Positions 53,602 through 63,040 of a stretch of DNA of 64,000 bases are shown in pieces. Origin of the DNA: a virus; IMG/VR virus record IMGVR_UViG_2731639221_000003, positions 3,072-67,071 of that record; one strand, 5' to 3'. The notes under the pieces were generated by a model. The model ran no database searches and was not told the DNA's origin. It saw only the letters and a program-made list of their open reading frames with translations. Made by a program: the position numbers and the translations under genes. Position 1 is the first letter of the stretch; each line of letters begins with the position of its first letter.

Positions 53602-53895
53602 ATGCTACAAATAACAAACACGGTAACTACTAAAGACGGACAGGTAGTAATAGGCAATGTGACTTATGCCATTAACTACTCTATTATCAATAACGAACTG
53701 AACTCTATTCAATGTGCGATTTCATCAATGTCAGATAATCAGTTTGAACAAATCGGATTTATCCGCAAGGAACATGGAAGACTGAACACCGACTTTTTAG
53801 ACAGGGTTGCTCCGATTGAACACTTAACCGTTTTTGAAAATATTGTCAAAGAAGTGGAGGCTGATCTTTTGGCTGAAACAAAGAAAAAACAATAA
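53602..53895 (+). CDS. Hypothetical protein, first gene of the lysis cassette
   Basis: Clean ORF after late-leader element 5. Confidence 0.65.
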   Translation: MLQITNTVTTKDGQVVIGNVTYAINYSIINNELNSIQCAISSMSDNQFEQIGFIRKEHGRLNTDFLDRVAPIEHLTVFENIVKEVEADLLAETKKKQ

Positions 53896-53899
53896 TCCT

Positions 53900-54214
53900 A
53901 TGCACGAGTTTTTCACGACTTTTCTTGAACCAATTCTTACTTTCATTGCCGGAGGTGGAATTGTGGCTATTGTGAAATGGCGGTCTATAAAGAAACAGGC
54001 AGAAGCCGAAGCGATGAAGGCGGTTCAGGAGGTTTATCAGGAAACGATAAAGGATTTGAGGGAGGATAAGGAAATGATGAAGCGGGATAATGCAGAACTG
54101 AGGGTTATTGTTGCCGAACTTCAAATCGTAGTAAATCAGAACTCGAAGGATATTAGCGAACTAAAGGGGTACAAATGTATTGTGTTGGATTGTAAACTAA
54201 GAAAGAAGGAATAG
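53900..54214 (+). CDS. Holin-like protein (one TM helix plus coiled coil); start re-assigned to 53900
   Basis: ILTFIAGGGIVAIVKWR; directly upstream of the endolysin. Confidence 0.6.
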   Translation: MHEFFTTFLEPILTFIAGGGIVAIVKWRSIKKQAEAEAMKAVQEVYQETIKDLREDKEMMKRDNAELRVIVAELQIVVNQNSKDISELKGYKCIVLDCKLRKKE

Positions 54215-54216
54215 CC

Positions 54217-54723
54217 ATGCAAAAACTAACACCTAAAGAGTTTATCAAAGCCTATCTGCCCTATGCAAAAGACTCAGAATTAAAGACAGGAGTGGATGCC
54301 ATTTTTACTCTGGCTCAGGCTGCCTTAGAAAGCGGATGGGGGGAGCGTGCGGTAGGTAATATGTTCTTTGGAGTGAAAGCGAAAAAAGACACGCCCGAAA
54401 ACAAACGTCAATTATTGACTACGAGAGAGGTATTGGATAGACCAGATATTCAATTCCCCGAAATAATATCGGTAACTAAACGTGCCGATGGAAAATATGA
54501 GTATCGAATTAAGGATTGGTTTAGAAAGTACAATTCGCCGGAGCAGAGTTTTACAGATCACGGACTATTTTTCCATGAGAATAAACGATATGCAAAAGCA
54601 TTAGAAGTAAGGTATAACCCTTATTTATTTGCAGAAGCAATAACCAAAGCGGGATATGCTACCGACCCGAACTATGCTACTATACTGAAAGGAGTGATAA
54701 CAACGATATATAATAATATGTAA
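54217..54723 (+). CDS. Endolysin, GH73 glucosaminidase (FlgJ-like)
   Basis: AQAALESGWG, NMFFGVKA, FRKYNS...SFTDH, GYATDPNY. Confidence 0.92.
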   Translation: MQKLTPKEFIKAYLPYAKDSELKTGVDAIFTLAQAALESGWGERAVGNMFFGVKAKKDTPENKRQLLTTREVLDRPDIQFPEIISVTKRADGKYEYRIKDWFRKYNSPEQSFTDHGLFFHENKRYAKALEVRYNPYLFAEAITKAGYATDPNYATILKGVITTIYNNM

Positions 54724-55289
54724 TGAAAATTACAATACGAAATATAGTATTTATACTGCTTGGCTCTTTGCTTTTGGTACTTTTGACAACGTGCAGGGCA
54801 TCGAAAAGCGAAAATGTCAATTTAGCTCAGACTGAGAACATCGTTCAGGATATGAAAAGCCATTCCATAGGGAAATCAAATTTACAGACTGACATTAAGA
54901 CTATTATCGAAAAGGTATTGTCTGAAAGTATGGGTATTAAAAAAAAAGAAACCGAGTATGATACTGAAAAGCCTGTATTGCCTGAAACGGGCAAGCCACC
55001 TGTGAAAAAGGAAACGGAACTAACGTTATCCCAAAAAAAGGAAGAAGAAACCCATTTCAACGAATCCAATATCAGTACAAGGAATGATGTAGCCGAGTCA
55101 GCCAATCATGCAGCAATCAATGCTTCAATTGACAGAAGTATTGAAAGTACTTCCGAAAGAAATATACAGAAAGAATCCGATATATTTCTGAAATGGGTAG
55201 GGGGAATTACTATTTTTTTGGTAGTTCTAATTCTGATTCTTTGTATTCTTGGCAAATCTTTAAAAAAGCGACTACAAAACTTTTTATAA
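54723..55289 (+). CDS. Spanin-like lipoprotein
   Basis: N-terminal hydrophobic segment with LTTC lipobox and C-terminal TM helix (u-spanin-like topology). Confidence 0.55.
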   Translation: MKITIRNIVFILLGSLLLVLLTTCRASKSENVNLAQTENIVQDMKSHSIGKSNLQTDIKTIIEKVLSESMGIKKKETEYDTEKPVLPETGKPPVKKETELTLSQKKEEETHFNESNISTRNDVAESANHAAINASIDRSIESTSERNIQKESDIFLKWVGGITIFLVVLILILCILGKSLKKRLQNFL

Positions 55290-55563
55290 TTTGCATTTCT
55301 GAGGTTAAAACATTTTTTGAAGTTCCGGCTTTAGTAATGGGAGTTATCTGATTTGCGATTATCTTTATACCATATCCTACCCCTGACGTTTTTTTCTCCG
55401 TAGTTGCTGCTATGTGCCGTAGCTTCACATTTGAAAATCTGGTTTTAACACAATAATAAAAAATATGCCGATATGTCGGGAGTCCGTTTGCATGGGACTT
55501 TCCTTTCATATCATCTATTTTAATATTAACCAAGTTGCAGTAACGAGTTAAAAGCCTATCCAT
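55210..55563 (-). CDS. Hypothetical protein with a DnaA domain IV-like HTH
   Basis: YRHIFYY...LRHIA...SGV.YGIK resembles the DnaA C-terminal HTH. Confidence 0.4.
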   Translation of the reverse strand: MDRLLTRYCNLVNIKIDDMKGKSHANGLPTYRHIFYYCVKTRFSNVKLRHIAATTEKKTSGVGYGIKIIANQITPITKAGTSKNVLTSEMQIIKSFVVAFLKICQEYKESELELPKK

Positions 55564-55981
55564 TTGTTACTATGCTGTCATTAATGTAGTTCATAATAAT
55601 TTCTTTCAGGGCATCTGCCGCATTACCGAATTTTTCAGAAAATGTATCATCCATTTTTGTATCGACAAAACGCACCATATCGGCTGTATGGTTTTTAATC
55701 TGCCTTATTGACCGTTCAAATTGCAACTTTAATCTTGGGTCGGCATCTTTCAGAATATCATTTATATCCATTACCAACTGCTCGTTGACATCAGCTACCA
55801 AATGACAGACATTTACCAATAGTGCTAATTTTTTAAAGTCAATGCTTTTATTATTTATTATGACATCGGTCGATGGTTTTATTTGTTTTGTTTTTTGGCT
55901 ATTGTTTTGCTTTTTTCTATTATTCGGTCTTGGGAATTGCTGTTTATTGGGAATATATACCTTATTGTTTTTATTTTTCAT
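55556..55981 (-). CDS. Hypothetical protein, 141 aa
   Basis: Clean ORF overlapping the downstream start. Confidence 0.6.
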   Translation of the reverse strand: MKNKNNKVYIPNKQQFPRPNNRKKQNNSQKTKQIKPSTDVIINNKSIDFKKLALLVNVCHLVADVNEQLVMDINDILKDADPRLKLQFERSIRQIKNHTADMVRFVDTKMDDTFSEKFGNAADALKEIIMNYINDSIVTNG

Positions 55982-56040
55982 AAATTTTAAATAACAGATT
56001 CATCATAATCTGATTAAGTATTCTACAATGAGTTATTTTA

Positions 56041-56370
56041 TTACTCTTTTTCGGGAGCAGTCAACGGATATTTGTACGTGATTGATTCCGTACCTATAAT
56101 TTCCCTGATTTTCTCCATCATATTTATTTCATAATGTTCGAAATATATTATTGTAGAAGCAATTAAACAGAGAAAATGTTCTTCGGATATTAGCAATGTA
56201 TTATATAGCTCTGTCATTTTCGAATCGCCAACATGCAAGAGGAATTTTCCTTCTTCGTTTTTTCCGATTGTTATACTTTGTTTATCATTGAATTTCATTT
56301 CAATGTACTTAGGAATGCTTATTTCTTCACTGGAGGGTGTGCTTTGCTTTTGTTGTCTATTATCTTTCAT
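56041..56370 (-). CDS. Hypothetical protein, 109 aa
   Basis: Clean ORF divergent from the 56788 regulator. Confidence 0.6.
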   Translation of the reverse strand: MKDNRQQKQSTPSSEEISIPKYIEMKFNDKQSITIGKNEEGKFLLHVGDSKMTELYNTLLISEEHFLCLIASTIIYFEHYEINMMEKIREIIGTESITYKYPLTAPEKE

Positions 56371-56787
56371 ATTAAGAATTTATTAAGTTGTATTCTCTGT
56401 TCTTATTTATCAATCTGCACTCTGATTTTACTTCCCTAATTGATTTTTTTCATAGATTCTCTTTTGTGTACATTTGTTTGACTTCCCTAGCTTATAATTA
56501 GCTTTATTTATTACGTGTAGTTTTCTAGTATTCAATTTTTTACACCACAACAAGTACAAAATTAGTTAAAAGAATAACGATAAATGGAATTATTTTAACT
56601 AATTTGCTGGTTTTTACGAAAACTTTTTGAAACATCTCCAGTCGGTATAATTAAAATATTTAATTGTATTTTGTTGCTAGTATTGAGTTAATAGAAAAAT
56701 AATTAATGTTATTTTTGTAATTTGCAACTTAACATATTAACATCATGTATCGTAATAGTACTTACGAAATAATTAAATATAAGACTA

Positions 56788-57213
56788 ATGAACAGAACGG
56801 ACTTTGAACTTTCAACCAGAGAAAGGTTGAAAAAATTTTTAGATGAAAGAAATGTCAATTACACGGATTTCCTAGAAAGGACAAATCTTTCAAATGCTTT
56901 TTTAAGAATAGAAAGCAATAGTATAACCAGTAATAATCTGTCAATTATACTAAAATCCTACCCTGAGATAAATTCTGAATGGTTGCTAACAGGACAAGGG
57001 CGTATGGTAAAACCTCAATTTGAATTTTCTATGATGAAAATAATGAAGAGAGGTAAAGAAACTAAAGCTGAAATGTCTTTGGAACAAATTATCAGTATTC
57101 AGGAAGAATTAGCTAAACATCTTTACCTCACTATCTTCGATCAGAATGAGCAATTACAAAAAAAGGATGCTATAATTATAGAATTAGAACGGCAAAACGA
57201 TAAGGGCTATTAA
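56788..57213 (+). CDS. CI-like HTH regulator without a peptidase domain
   Basis: RLKKFLDE...ILKSYPEINSEWLLTGQGRM. Confidence 0.7.
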   Translation: MNRTDFELSTRERLKKFLDERNVNYTDFLERTNLSNAFLRIESNSITSNNLSIILKSYPEINSEWLLTGQGRMVKPQFEFSMMKIMKRGKETKAEMSLEQIISIQEELAKHLYLTIFDQNEQLQKKDAIIIELERQNDKGY

Positions 57214-58041
57214 TTAATATAGCTTGTTATGCCTGTAAGGGCGGGTTCTATTGTACTTTAACTTTAAATCAACATGCTCCCATAGACTGATAAACATACG
57301 GTTGCACAGTTCCTCAATTTGACTTATCGTGCAGTAAACCGATTCTTCTTCTTCACATGCTACCAACTCGGTGATAACTTCCCATATACTTTCGGTAAAT
57401 GTTTTAGCTTTCACGATCTGGGACGAAAAAGCGATGTTATTAAGGTCATAGTTCCTAGCTCCGGCAAAGTCCAGTAAACGGATAACTGCGTCCGCCAGCT
57501 CATCTTCTATCGTATCTTTTATATACGTGTTGAAACTTTTGACAAAGCCCGATTTGTGTTCTGATTCAGTATTGTTTTTTGTGCAATAGTAGAATTTCGT
57601 CAAATCTGCTTTTTTGCCTTTGCGGTGAGCTTCTACGGCTTCCATTAATTCGCTCACAATAAGGCATAGGTGATGTTTGTCGGGGTGCGGATGGTCGTGG
57701 AATCCTTTTTCTTTGTTGGCAGCATATACTTTTTTGCTGAGTGGCGTGAGGTCGGGTCGGGTCATTTTGGTACGCTTGGTATTAAAATTTAATTGGTCGA
57801 AAACTCGTTTAACACTTTTGTCGCCAACAGAATTGGCATCTTTTAACTTGTTAATACTCGTATTGATGGTTGACGGATGGCGATTCAGAAGTTTGCCTAT
57901 CTCTGTCTGCGTATATGTGGGGTACATCAGATAAGCAAAAACAGCCCGATACAATGGTAGGGGCTGTTTTTGTGAATCTGAGATTAAATCGGATGGCTTG
58001 ACATTTACCTTATGGCAAAAATCATTGAGGTTATGTATCAC
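57214..58041 (-). CDS. DnaA-C-like HTH fused to a MazG-like nucleotide pyrophosphohydrolase (internal ATG at 57765)
   Basis: TQTEIGKLLNRHPSTI; KGFHD...IVSELMEAVEA...EDELADAVIRLLD...YNRTRPYRH. Confidence 0.75.
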   Translation of the reverse strand: MIHNLNDFCHKVNVKPSDLISDSQKQPLPLYRAVFAYLMYPTYTQTEIGKLLNRHPSTINTSINKLKDANSVGDKSVKRVFDQLNFNTKRTKMTRPDLTPLSKKVYAANKEKGFHDHPHPDKHHLCLIVSELMEAVEAHRKGKKADLTKFYYCTKNNTESEHKSGFVKSFNTYIKDTIEDELADAVIRLLDFAGARNYDLNNIAFSSQIVKAKTFTESIWEVITELVACEEEESVYCTISQIEELCNRMFISLWEHVDLKLKYNRTRPYRHNKLY

Positions 58042-58324
58042 TTTCTTTTAATTTTAATGTGTTATCAATGCAACGCCGTAATAAGTCGGCATTGGACTTA
58101 CTGATATTGGTGAACCTGATATGTTTCTCCAAATACTCTTTCGGGTATAGCAAAACAAGGTCAGTGATGGGATATAGGAAGTGTGTAGTCATGCAAATCA
58201 ATCCACCACAATCGACAGTAGCCCTTTTTCCATGATAGAGCTTCTTGATAATCCTGTCCCGAACCTTTTCGCCTTGCTGGTAGGTGATTGCCAGATTGGA
58301 TTTGATAATGTTGGATATTTTCAT
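58031..58324 (-). CDS. STAS-like (DUF4325-type) protein
   Basis: AIT...GEKV...I...TVDC.G...TT.FL...L...Y pattern. Confidence 0.5.
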   Translation of the reverse strand: MKISNIIKSNLAITYQQGEKVRDRIIKKLYHGKRATVDCGGLICMTTHFLYPITDLVLLYPKEYLEKHIRFTNISKSNADLLRRCIDNTLKLKESDT

Positions 58325-58365
58325 AATTAAAATTGTATTTTGGTATCTTTGCGGTTATGGGAACT

Positions 58366-58860
58366 ATGACAGATATAATGCAAAATCATTTCGATATGAT
58401 TTTGGAAAAAGCCCAAAACAAGAAGCAGATTGCTTTCTGTAATTGGGCTAAATCACAAATCAGGGAGATCGGTTTGTCGCCAGTAAAGGATTTCTTCTCT
58501 GAGAATGAAATCAAAGAATTGAGGAAAGAACATAAGTTTTCTTATAGAGAGTGTTTTCGGACGGCTGCTATACTAGCTCTTGAATACCCTAATATCAGCT
58601 ATGTAGAAGGCTATTCTTTTAATTCGGGCATACATTTCCCCCATGCTATAAACAGGATTATATTACCCGATGGGTCAGAATTTTTTTTTGATTTTCAAAT
58701 GGAGATTATAAGCAAGCATAAAGTTGAAGAACTCTCTTTTGTTGTTTTGAAAATCTTTACCGATGATGAACTTGCCGAAGAAATAGAACTACCAAAGAAA
58801 CGTTATGCCGAACGTGTATTGAATTGGTACTTTGATATATATTCGACCTCTAAAAAATAA
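58366..58860 (+). CDS. Hypothetical protein with a possible Cys-His-Asp triad; start re-assigned after the -7 box TATCTTTG (58344-58351)
   Basis: RECF.TA...YVEGY...PHA...FD. Confidence 0.5.
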   Translation: MTDIMQNHFDMILEKAQNKKQIAFCNWAKSQIREIGLSPVKDFFSENEIKELRKEHKFSYRECFRTAAILALEYPNISYVEGYSFNSGIHFPHAINRIILPDGSEFFFDFQMEIISKHKVEELSFVVLKIFTDDELAEEIELPKKRYAERVLNWYFDIYSTSKK

Positions 58861-59515
58861 GATTTATGTCAGAGCTGGTTTCATTTTTATACGAATAACC
58901 TTCTATTGATACTTCTAAGTGCGGTACTAAATTTATTATTCCGTAATGTTGTGAATCCTTAAAATACAGGAATAATAAAGCCTTAGTAAATATATCATGT
59001 ACAAAATCCATAACATCAACATTTGAGTCTTTTGCCAAATCTTCGGTATATTTATTTGACATCATACAAAGCCTGTTTTCTTTTTCTTCAAATTCGGCAG
59101 CCATTATTAAAATTCCACTCCTAGTTGTTATTAAGAAATAGTGTTCGGTTTCACTAACTATCAAATAATAAACTAAATAATTACCTAATATTATTACCCC
59201 ATGTTTAGTTTCTTTGAAAATCTGATTAATTTTTCTACTTACTGATGGATACACCCTACCACTGGAACTGAGAAATAACTCGCTTATCAGTTTCTCTATT
59301 GATTCTGTCGGAAATTCGATATTATCTTCTAATATTATCGAGAATTTTCCTATTTCTCTTTTTATTTTGTTTTGTGCTTCGTAGGCATCTTGCTGACAAC
59401 TACAAAAACTGTCACAATCAGATTCACACATATTTAAAGGGATAGATATTAGTTCATCTAAAGGGAATTGTCCTATTTTCCCCAATATTGGATATTCGTC
59501 TATATTAAAAACCAT
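58850..59515 (-). CDS. Low-GC hypothetical protein, 221 aa
   Basis: Clean ORF. Confidence 0.6.
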   Translation of the reverse strand: MVFNIDEYPILGKIGQFPLDELISIPLNMCESDCDSFCSCQQDAYEAQNKIKREIGKFSIILEDNIEFPTESIEKLISELFLSSSGRVYPSVSRKINQIFKETKHGVIILGNYLVYYLIVSETEHYFLITTRSGILIMAAEFEEKENRLCMMSNKYTEDLAKDSNVDVMDFVHDIFTKALLFLYFKDSQHYGIINLVPHLEVSIEGYSYKNETSSDINLIF

Positions 59516-59549
59516 AATTATTATTTTTATTAATTATTTACATTGATTA

Positions 59550-60215
59550 TTACTTCCTTCTGGATTCGCCATCTAAAACGATTCTATTATACATTTCCTT
59601 TATGCGGTCGGAAATGAAACGGTCATTTACGTTGTCATACAGTCGGTGTGTTTCATCGGCATCGCAGTTGGTGGTAATGTAAGTCTGTATTCCTTCTGTA
59701 CGCCAAAGGTTGTAACGTATATGTAGTATGTGCTGCATAACATTGAGCTTCTGCCCGAAATGATTGGAGGGTATCGTTTCCCGCCCTAACTCGTCAAATG
59801 CCATGTTTACAGGCTTACGGCTATATCCTGTCTGATTGTAAGTATATACATCAAGCTCGCCGTTCATCGCATAGTCGTTGGCTACTTTGGCACAGTCATA
59901 AATTCTAAATCCATCGTACCGTTTTTTGCCGAACTCGGAAAAGATTTGTAAGAGTGTTGTCTTACCCGTTCCGTTGCCGCCCATTAGCCAGATACCTTTT
60001 TTTAGGTCGTAACCGCCAACCTGTCCCGTGTAATACAGGAACAGGTTTTTGATTACTTCCGTGTTTTGTTGGTCGTATATAAAGTCGGGAATCTGTTCTT
60101 TAATGATACGGGACAAGAGCAAACGAAGCTGAGAGGTATATTCGGGCGACAGGGTTTTGTCAGAAACCTTTACCATAGTCTTTCGGTTTGTTATTATCTG
60201 TCCTATTGTTTTCAT
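59550..60215 (-). CDS. DnaC/IstB-like AAA+ ATPase (helicase loader)
   Basis: GIWLMGGNGTGKTT, FDELGRE, TYITTN, ISDRIKEM. Confidence 0.85.
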   Translation of the reverse strand: MKTIGQIITNRKTMVKVSDKTLSPEYTSQLRLLLSRIIKEQIPDFIYDQQNTEVIKNLFLYYTGQVGGYDLKKGIWLMGGNGTGKTTLLQIFSEFGKKRYDGFRIYDCAKVANDYAMNGELDVYTYNQTGYSRKPVNMAFDELGRETIPSNHFGQKLNVMQHILHIRYNLWRTEGIQTYITTNCDADETHRLYDNVNDRFISDRIKEMYNRIVLDGESRRK

Positions 60216-60783
60216 TTTTATTTCTGTTTTGTTCCCATGTACGAACACACGCTTTCCAATCTTTTACTTTAGTCTTGCCCCGCATCCATCCGTTAGCTGT
60301 ATAATGGTCGATAAAGGTTTGCGGGTCGATACCGTTTTTCCTCTCCAGACAATAGGTTTCGACTTCCTCAAAACGGGGTGGAATGAAAGGCTTCGAATGG
60401 TTCTTTTTAGTGTTGTCTGAACTTCCAAATGTGGCTGTGGCAGTGGTGGAAACTGTACCAACTTCTGTACTAACAACTGTACCATTAACTGTATTGGACT
60501 GGAAAGACCGTGTAAAGGAATACTGACTTACTGAACTTCTGCTTTTACCTGATTTATAGAATACCAATCCTGCGGATATAAGTTTATTCCGGGCATTCAC
60601 GAATGTGTTTTTTATAAGCCCTAAATCGTTGCATAGCTCTTTAGAGGAACAAAAAAATGTATCGGGAAAGCCTTCGTGCCTGAATACAGCCATTAACTCG
60701 TAAAACAACGCTTGTTCATTTGCGGTAAAGCGATAGCGTTTACGCTGTTTACGCATACAGTCAATCATGGTATTTATATCCAT
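60160..60783 (-). CDS. Phage replication initiator (N-terminal wHTH plus C-terminal DnaB-like domain)
   Basis: NARNKLISAGLVFY; FIPPRFEEVETYC.ER.NGIDP..F.D.Y..NGW...KDWKACVRTWE. Confidence 0.8.
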   Translation of the reverse strand: MDINTMIDCMRKQRKRYRFTANEQALFYELMAVFRHEGFPDTFFCSSKELCNDLGLIKNTFVNARNKLISAGLVFYKSGKSRSSVSQYSFTRSFQSNTVNGTVVSTEVGTVSTTATATFGSSDNTKKNHSKPFIPPRFEEVETYCLERKNGIDPQTFIDHYTANGWMRGKTKVKDWKACVRTWEQNRNKNENNRTDNNKPKDYGKGF

Positions 60784-60784
60784 G

Positions 60785-61879
60785 TTAAGCTGCTTGTTTG
60801 TAGTCGTCTGCGATTCCATAATCAAGACCTACCCGAATTGTATCTGCCTGTTTGAAGTTGGTTATAAGCCTAGAGCCAATTAGTTCTACCATTTTAGCGG
60901 TTACAGCATTGCCCAACAATTTATAGCGTTGTGTTTTGGGTACTTCTTTTATTATGCCATCATAGTTGCCGTATTTCGTCCAGTTGTCGGGGAATCCCTG
61001 CAACCTTTCGCACTCGATCTCGGTAAGGCGACGGATAATAGAACCATCAAACACTCCTTGAACATTTTGTGCTGTAAGAGTGAATGAAGGTTCACCATCT
61101 ATTTCTTTTATTCGCCTGCATTGCTGATTAGAGATTATACGTGAAGGATTAATAACAGCCTTTGTCATATTCGGCTCGTTTCGATGCTGTAATGTATTAT
61201 TAGCTGATATTACGCTGACATACGTGTCGCTTGCTGTTCCTCCATATCTGGTTGTAATTGTAGTACAAGTGTTGGTTTGAAACCTAACTTTGTTTGGTTG
61301 TCGGCTCTTATTAATAGTTGTTTCATTTTCTCCGACAGGAAATACGTTTCGCCAATCTCGGTAAGCGGTTGTAAGATGTCCGATAAGATATATTCGCTCA
61401 CGATTTTGGGGTAAAAGCCATGATGTATTAACAAGTTGCCACTCGATGTCATAACCCCCAATGTTGGCAAACGCTTGGATAATTGCCCAAAAGTCTGAGC
61501 CAGCGTTTGAGGAGAAAGTTCCTTTAACGTTTTCCCATATAAAAATGTCTGGTCGGAAGTGAGTAATAGCGGTAATTGCTTCTTGGATAAGGGAGCTTTT
61601 ATCTCCTGCAAGTCCTTTTCTGTTTCCAGCAAGGCTGAAATCCTGACAAGGCGATCCGAATGTGATAATATCGGGTCTTGAGATTCCCGACTGTATGATA
61701 TTTTCAACTGAGCCGATATGTTTGGCATGTGGGTAATTGTATTTGTAATTAGCGATTGCGTGTTTATCTATCTCGGAATAATATACCTCTTTGAAATCGA
61801 ATCCTGCTTCTGTGAGTCCTTTGTGAAAGCCTCCCGTGCCAGAAAAGAGGTCTAATAGTATTAAGCCTTTGTTTGTCAT
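60785..61879 (-). CDS. DNA (cytosine-5) methyltransferase
   Basis: Motifs I DLFSGTGG, IV GSPCQDFS, VI ENVKG, VIII QNRERIY, IX RRLTEIECERLQGFPD, X YKLLGNAV. Confidence 0.95.
   Translation of the reverse strand: MTNKGLILLDLFSGTGGFHKGLTEAGFDFKEVYYSEIDKHAIANYKYNYPHAKHIGSVENIIQSGISRPDIITFGSPCQDFSLAGNRKGLAGDKSSLIQEAITAITHFRPDIFIWENVKGTFSSNAGSDFWAIIQAFANIGGYDIEWQLVNTSWLLPQNRERIYLIGHLTTAYRDWRNVFPVGENETTINKSRQPNKVRFQTNTCTTITTRYGGTASDTYVSVISANNTLQHRNEPNMTKAVINPSRIISNQQCRRIKEIDGEPSFTLTAQNVQGVFDGSIIRRLTEIECERLQGFPDNWTKYGNYDGIIKEVPKTQRYKLLGNAVTAKMVELIGSRLITNFKQADTIRVGLDYGIADDYKQAA
61210..61728 (-). CDS. Alternate-frame ORF nested in the methyltransferase gene (EcoHK31I beta-like arrangement)
   Basis: 172 aa open frame with LGVMTSSG...LSDILQ...YFLSEK block. 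Confidence 0.5.
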   Translation of the reverse strand: MPNISAQLKISYSRESQDPILSHSDRLVRISALLETEKDLQEIKAPLSKKQLPLLLTSDQTFLYGKTLKELSPQTLAQTFGQLSKRLPTLGVMTSSGNLLIHHGFYPKIVSEYILSDILQPLTEIGETYFLSEKMKQLLIRADNQTKLGFKPTLVLQLQPDMEEQQATRMSA

Positions 61880-62055
61880 TTTGTTCCAAAAATTGTATGT
61901 TCTTTTACTGTGTCAATTTTGAAATTTCCTTTTTTGTCGAAGTAGCGGGATATTCGTCTTTGCTTTTGTTCTTCGGACAGGTCGTTATCAAGTAGGATAA
62001 TAGTTCTGGGAATTTTGCATATCAGGATTGGTGTGTATTGTTTTGCTTTTTCCAT
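61876..62055 (-). CDS. Small hypothetical protein, 59 aa (MEKAKQYTPIL...), coupled to the MTase start
   Basis: Manually translated; its TGA overlaps the MTase ATG (ATGA). Confidence 0.5.
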   Translation of the reverse strand: MEKAKQYTPILICKIPRTIILLDNDLSEEQKQRRISRYFDKKGNFKIDTVKEHTIFGTK

Positions 62056-62261
62056 TCTTGGTATTTAGGATTATCAAGTTCAAAATTCCCTTTGCCTTCT
62101 TTATGTGCTTTACAGTAGCGTAGCCCGAAAATGACGCAATGTTGAAGATGCGAACAGTGCCACATATAACCGAACTGTTGATTTTCGCCCTGATTATGTA
62201 AGCAGTATTCGCACCTGACAGGGATTCCGTTTTTAGTGTGTTCAACTCCCTTTATAGCCAT
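62022..62261 (-). CDS. Small Cys/His-rich protein
   Basis: CEYC...HCSH..HC...C; start abuts the upstream stop. Confidence 0.55.
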   Translation of the reverse strand: MAIKGVEHTKNGIPVRCEYCLHNQGENQQFGYMWHCSHLQHCVIFGLRYCKAHKEGKGNFELDNPKYQEWKKQNNTHQS

Positions 62262-62963
62262 TTAGCCCATAGTAACTTTAAACCAATGATAGTCTGTATC
62301 GTAACATTTGATAAGGGATTCTCCATTGATGTAAGTATAGCCCTGCTTCTGTATCTTTACATAGTTCCTGATGTCATTCGAGCCAATAATAAATTCACTC
62401 GGTTTGTATTTTGTCCTGAAAGCAGTATCGCCGGATTCCAATTCGTTGTAATTGCAGGGAATGAGCAGACAGTCCACTCTTTCTAATAGTCTGGGGTCAT
62501 TATAGAATAATCCGTAGGTATCGGCAGCCCCATACATAACTTTCAAATTGTCTGCGGTACAAACCCCGATATGCTTATCTGATTTCTTTAAGCCCGTCGG
62601 TTTTAACAGGGTTATGCTTTCGGGGACAAACGAAAGGGCATTGAGGTTGACAATTTTATTCAATGGGTCTATCCAGACTAGGTGTTCTTTGTCTAAGACC
62701 TGTTGCAAGGCTTCTTTTTCTTCTTCGGTCGCTTTACGTTTGGCATAGTCAGCCAAGAACCAATCGTTTTGCCTTAGCAGTTTGGCACGGTAGTTATAAT
62801 TAATGAAGTAATGTACTTTACCATCCTCGATATGAGATACTATACATATCCAAGTGCTTGCCGGGGACTGGCATATTATAAAATCGCCTTTTTTGAGGTT
62901 TTGAACGAATATCGGACGTTTGTATTTTTCGGCTTCGAATACATCCTGATTATTATTTTTCAT
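62262..62963 (-). CDS. Hypothetical protein, 233 aa
   Basis: LKKGDFI...RKATEEEKEALQQVL pattern common in Bacteroidales phages. Confidence 0.65.
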   Translation of the reverse strand: MKNNNQDVFEAEKYKRPIFVQNLKKGDFIICQSPASTWICIVSHIEDGKVHYFINYNYRAKLLRQNDWFLADYAKRKATEEEKEALQQVLDKEHLVWIDPLNKIVNLNALSFVPESITLLKPTGLKKSDKHIGVCTADNLKVMYGAADTYGLFYNDPRLLERVDCLLIPCNYNELESGDTAFRTKYKPSEFIIGSNDIRNYVKIQKQGYTYINGESLIKCYDTDYHWFKVTMG

Positions 62964-62983
62964 ATTGGGATTTGTTGTTTGAG

Positions 62984-63025
62984 TGAATAAAAAAGGGCTG
63001 ATGTTTCACAACAGCAGCCCCCCAA
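62984..63025 (-). terminator. Intrinsic terminator-like hairpin
   Basis: Minus strand GGGCTG...CAGCCC-TTTTTT. Confidence 0.6.
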
Positions 63026-63040
63026 ATAGTTTACAGAGAA

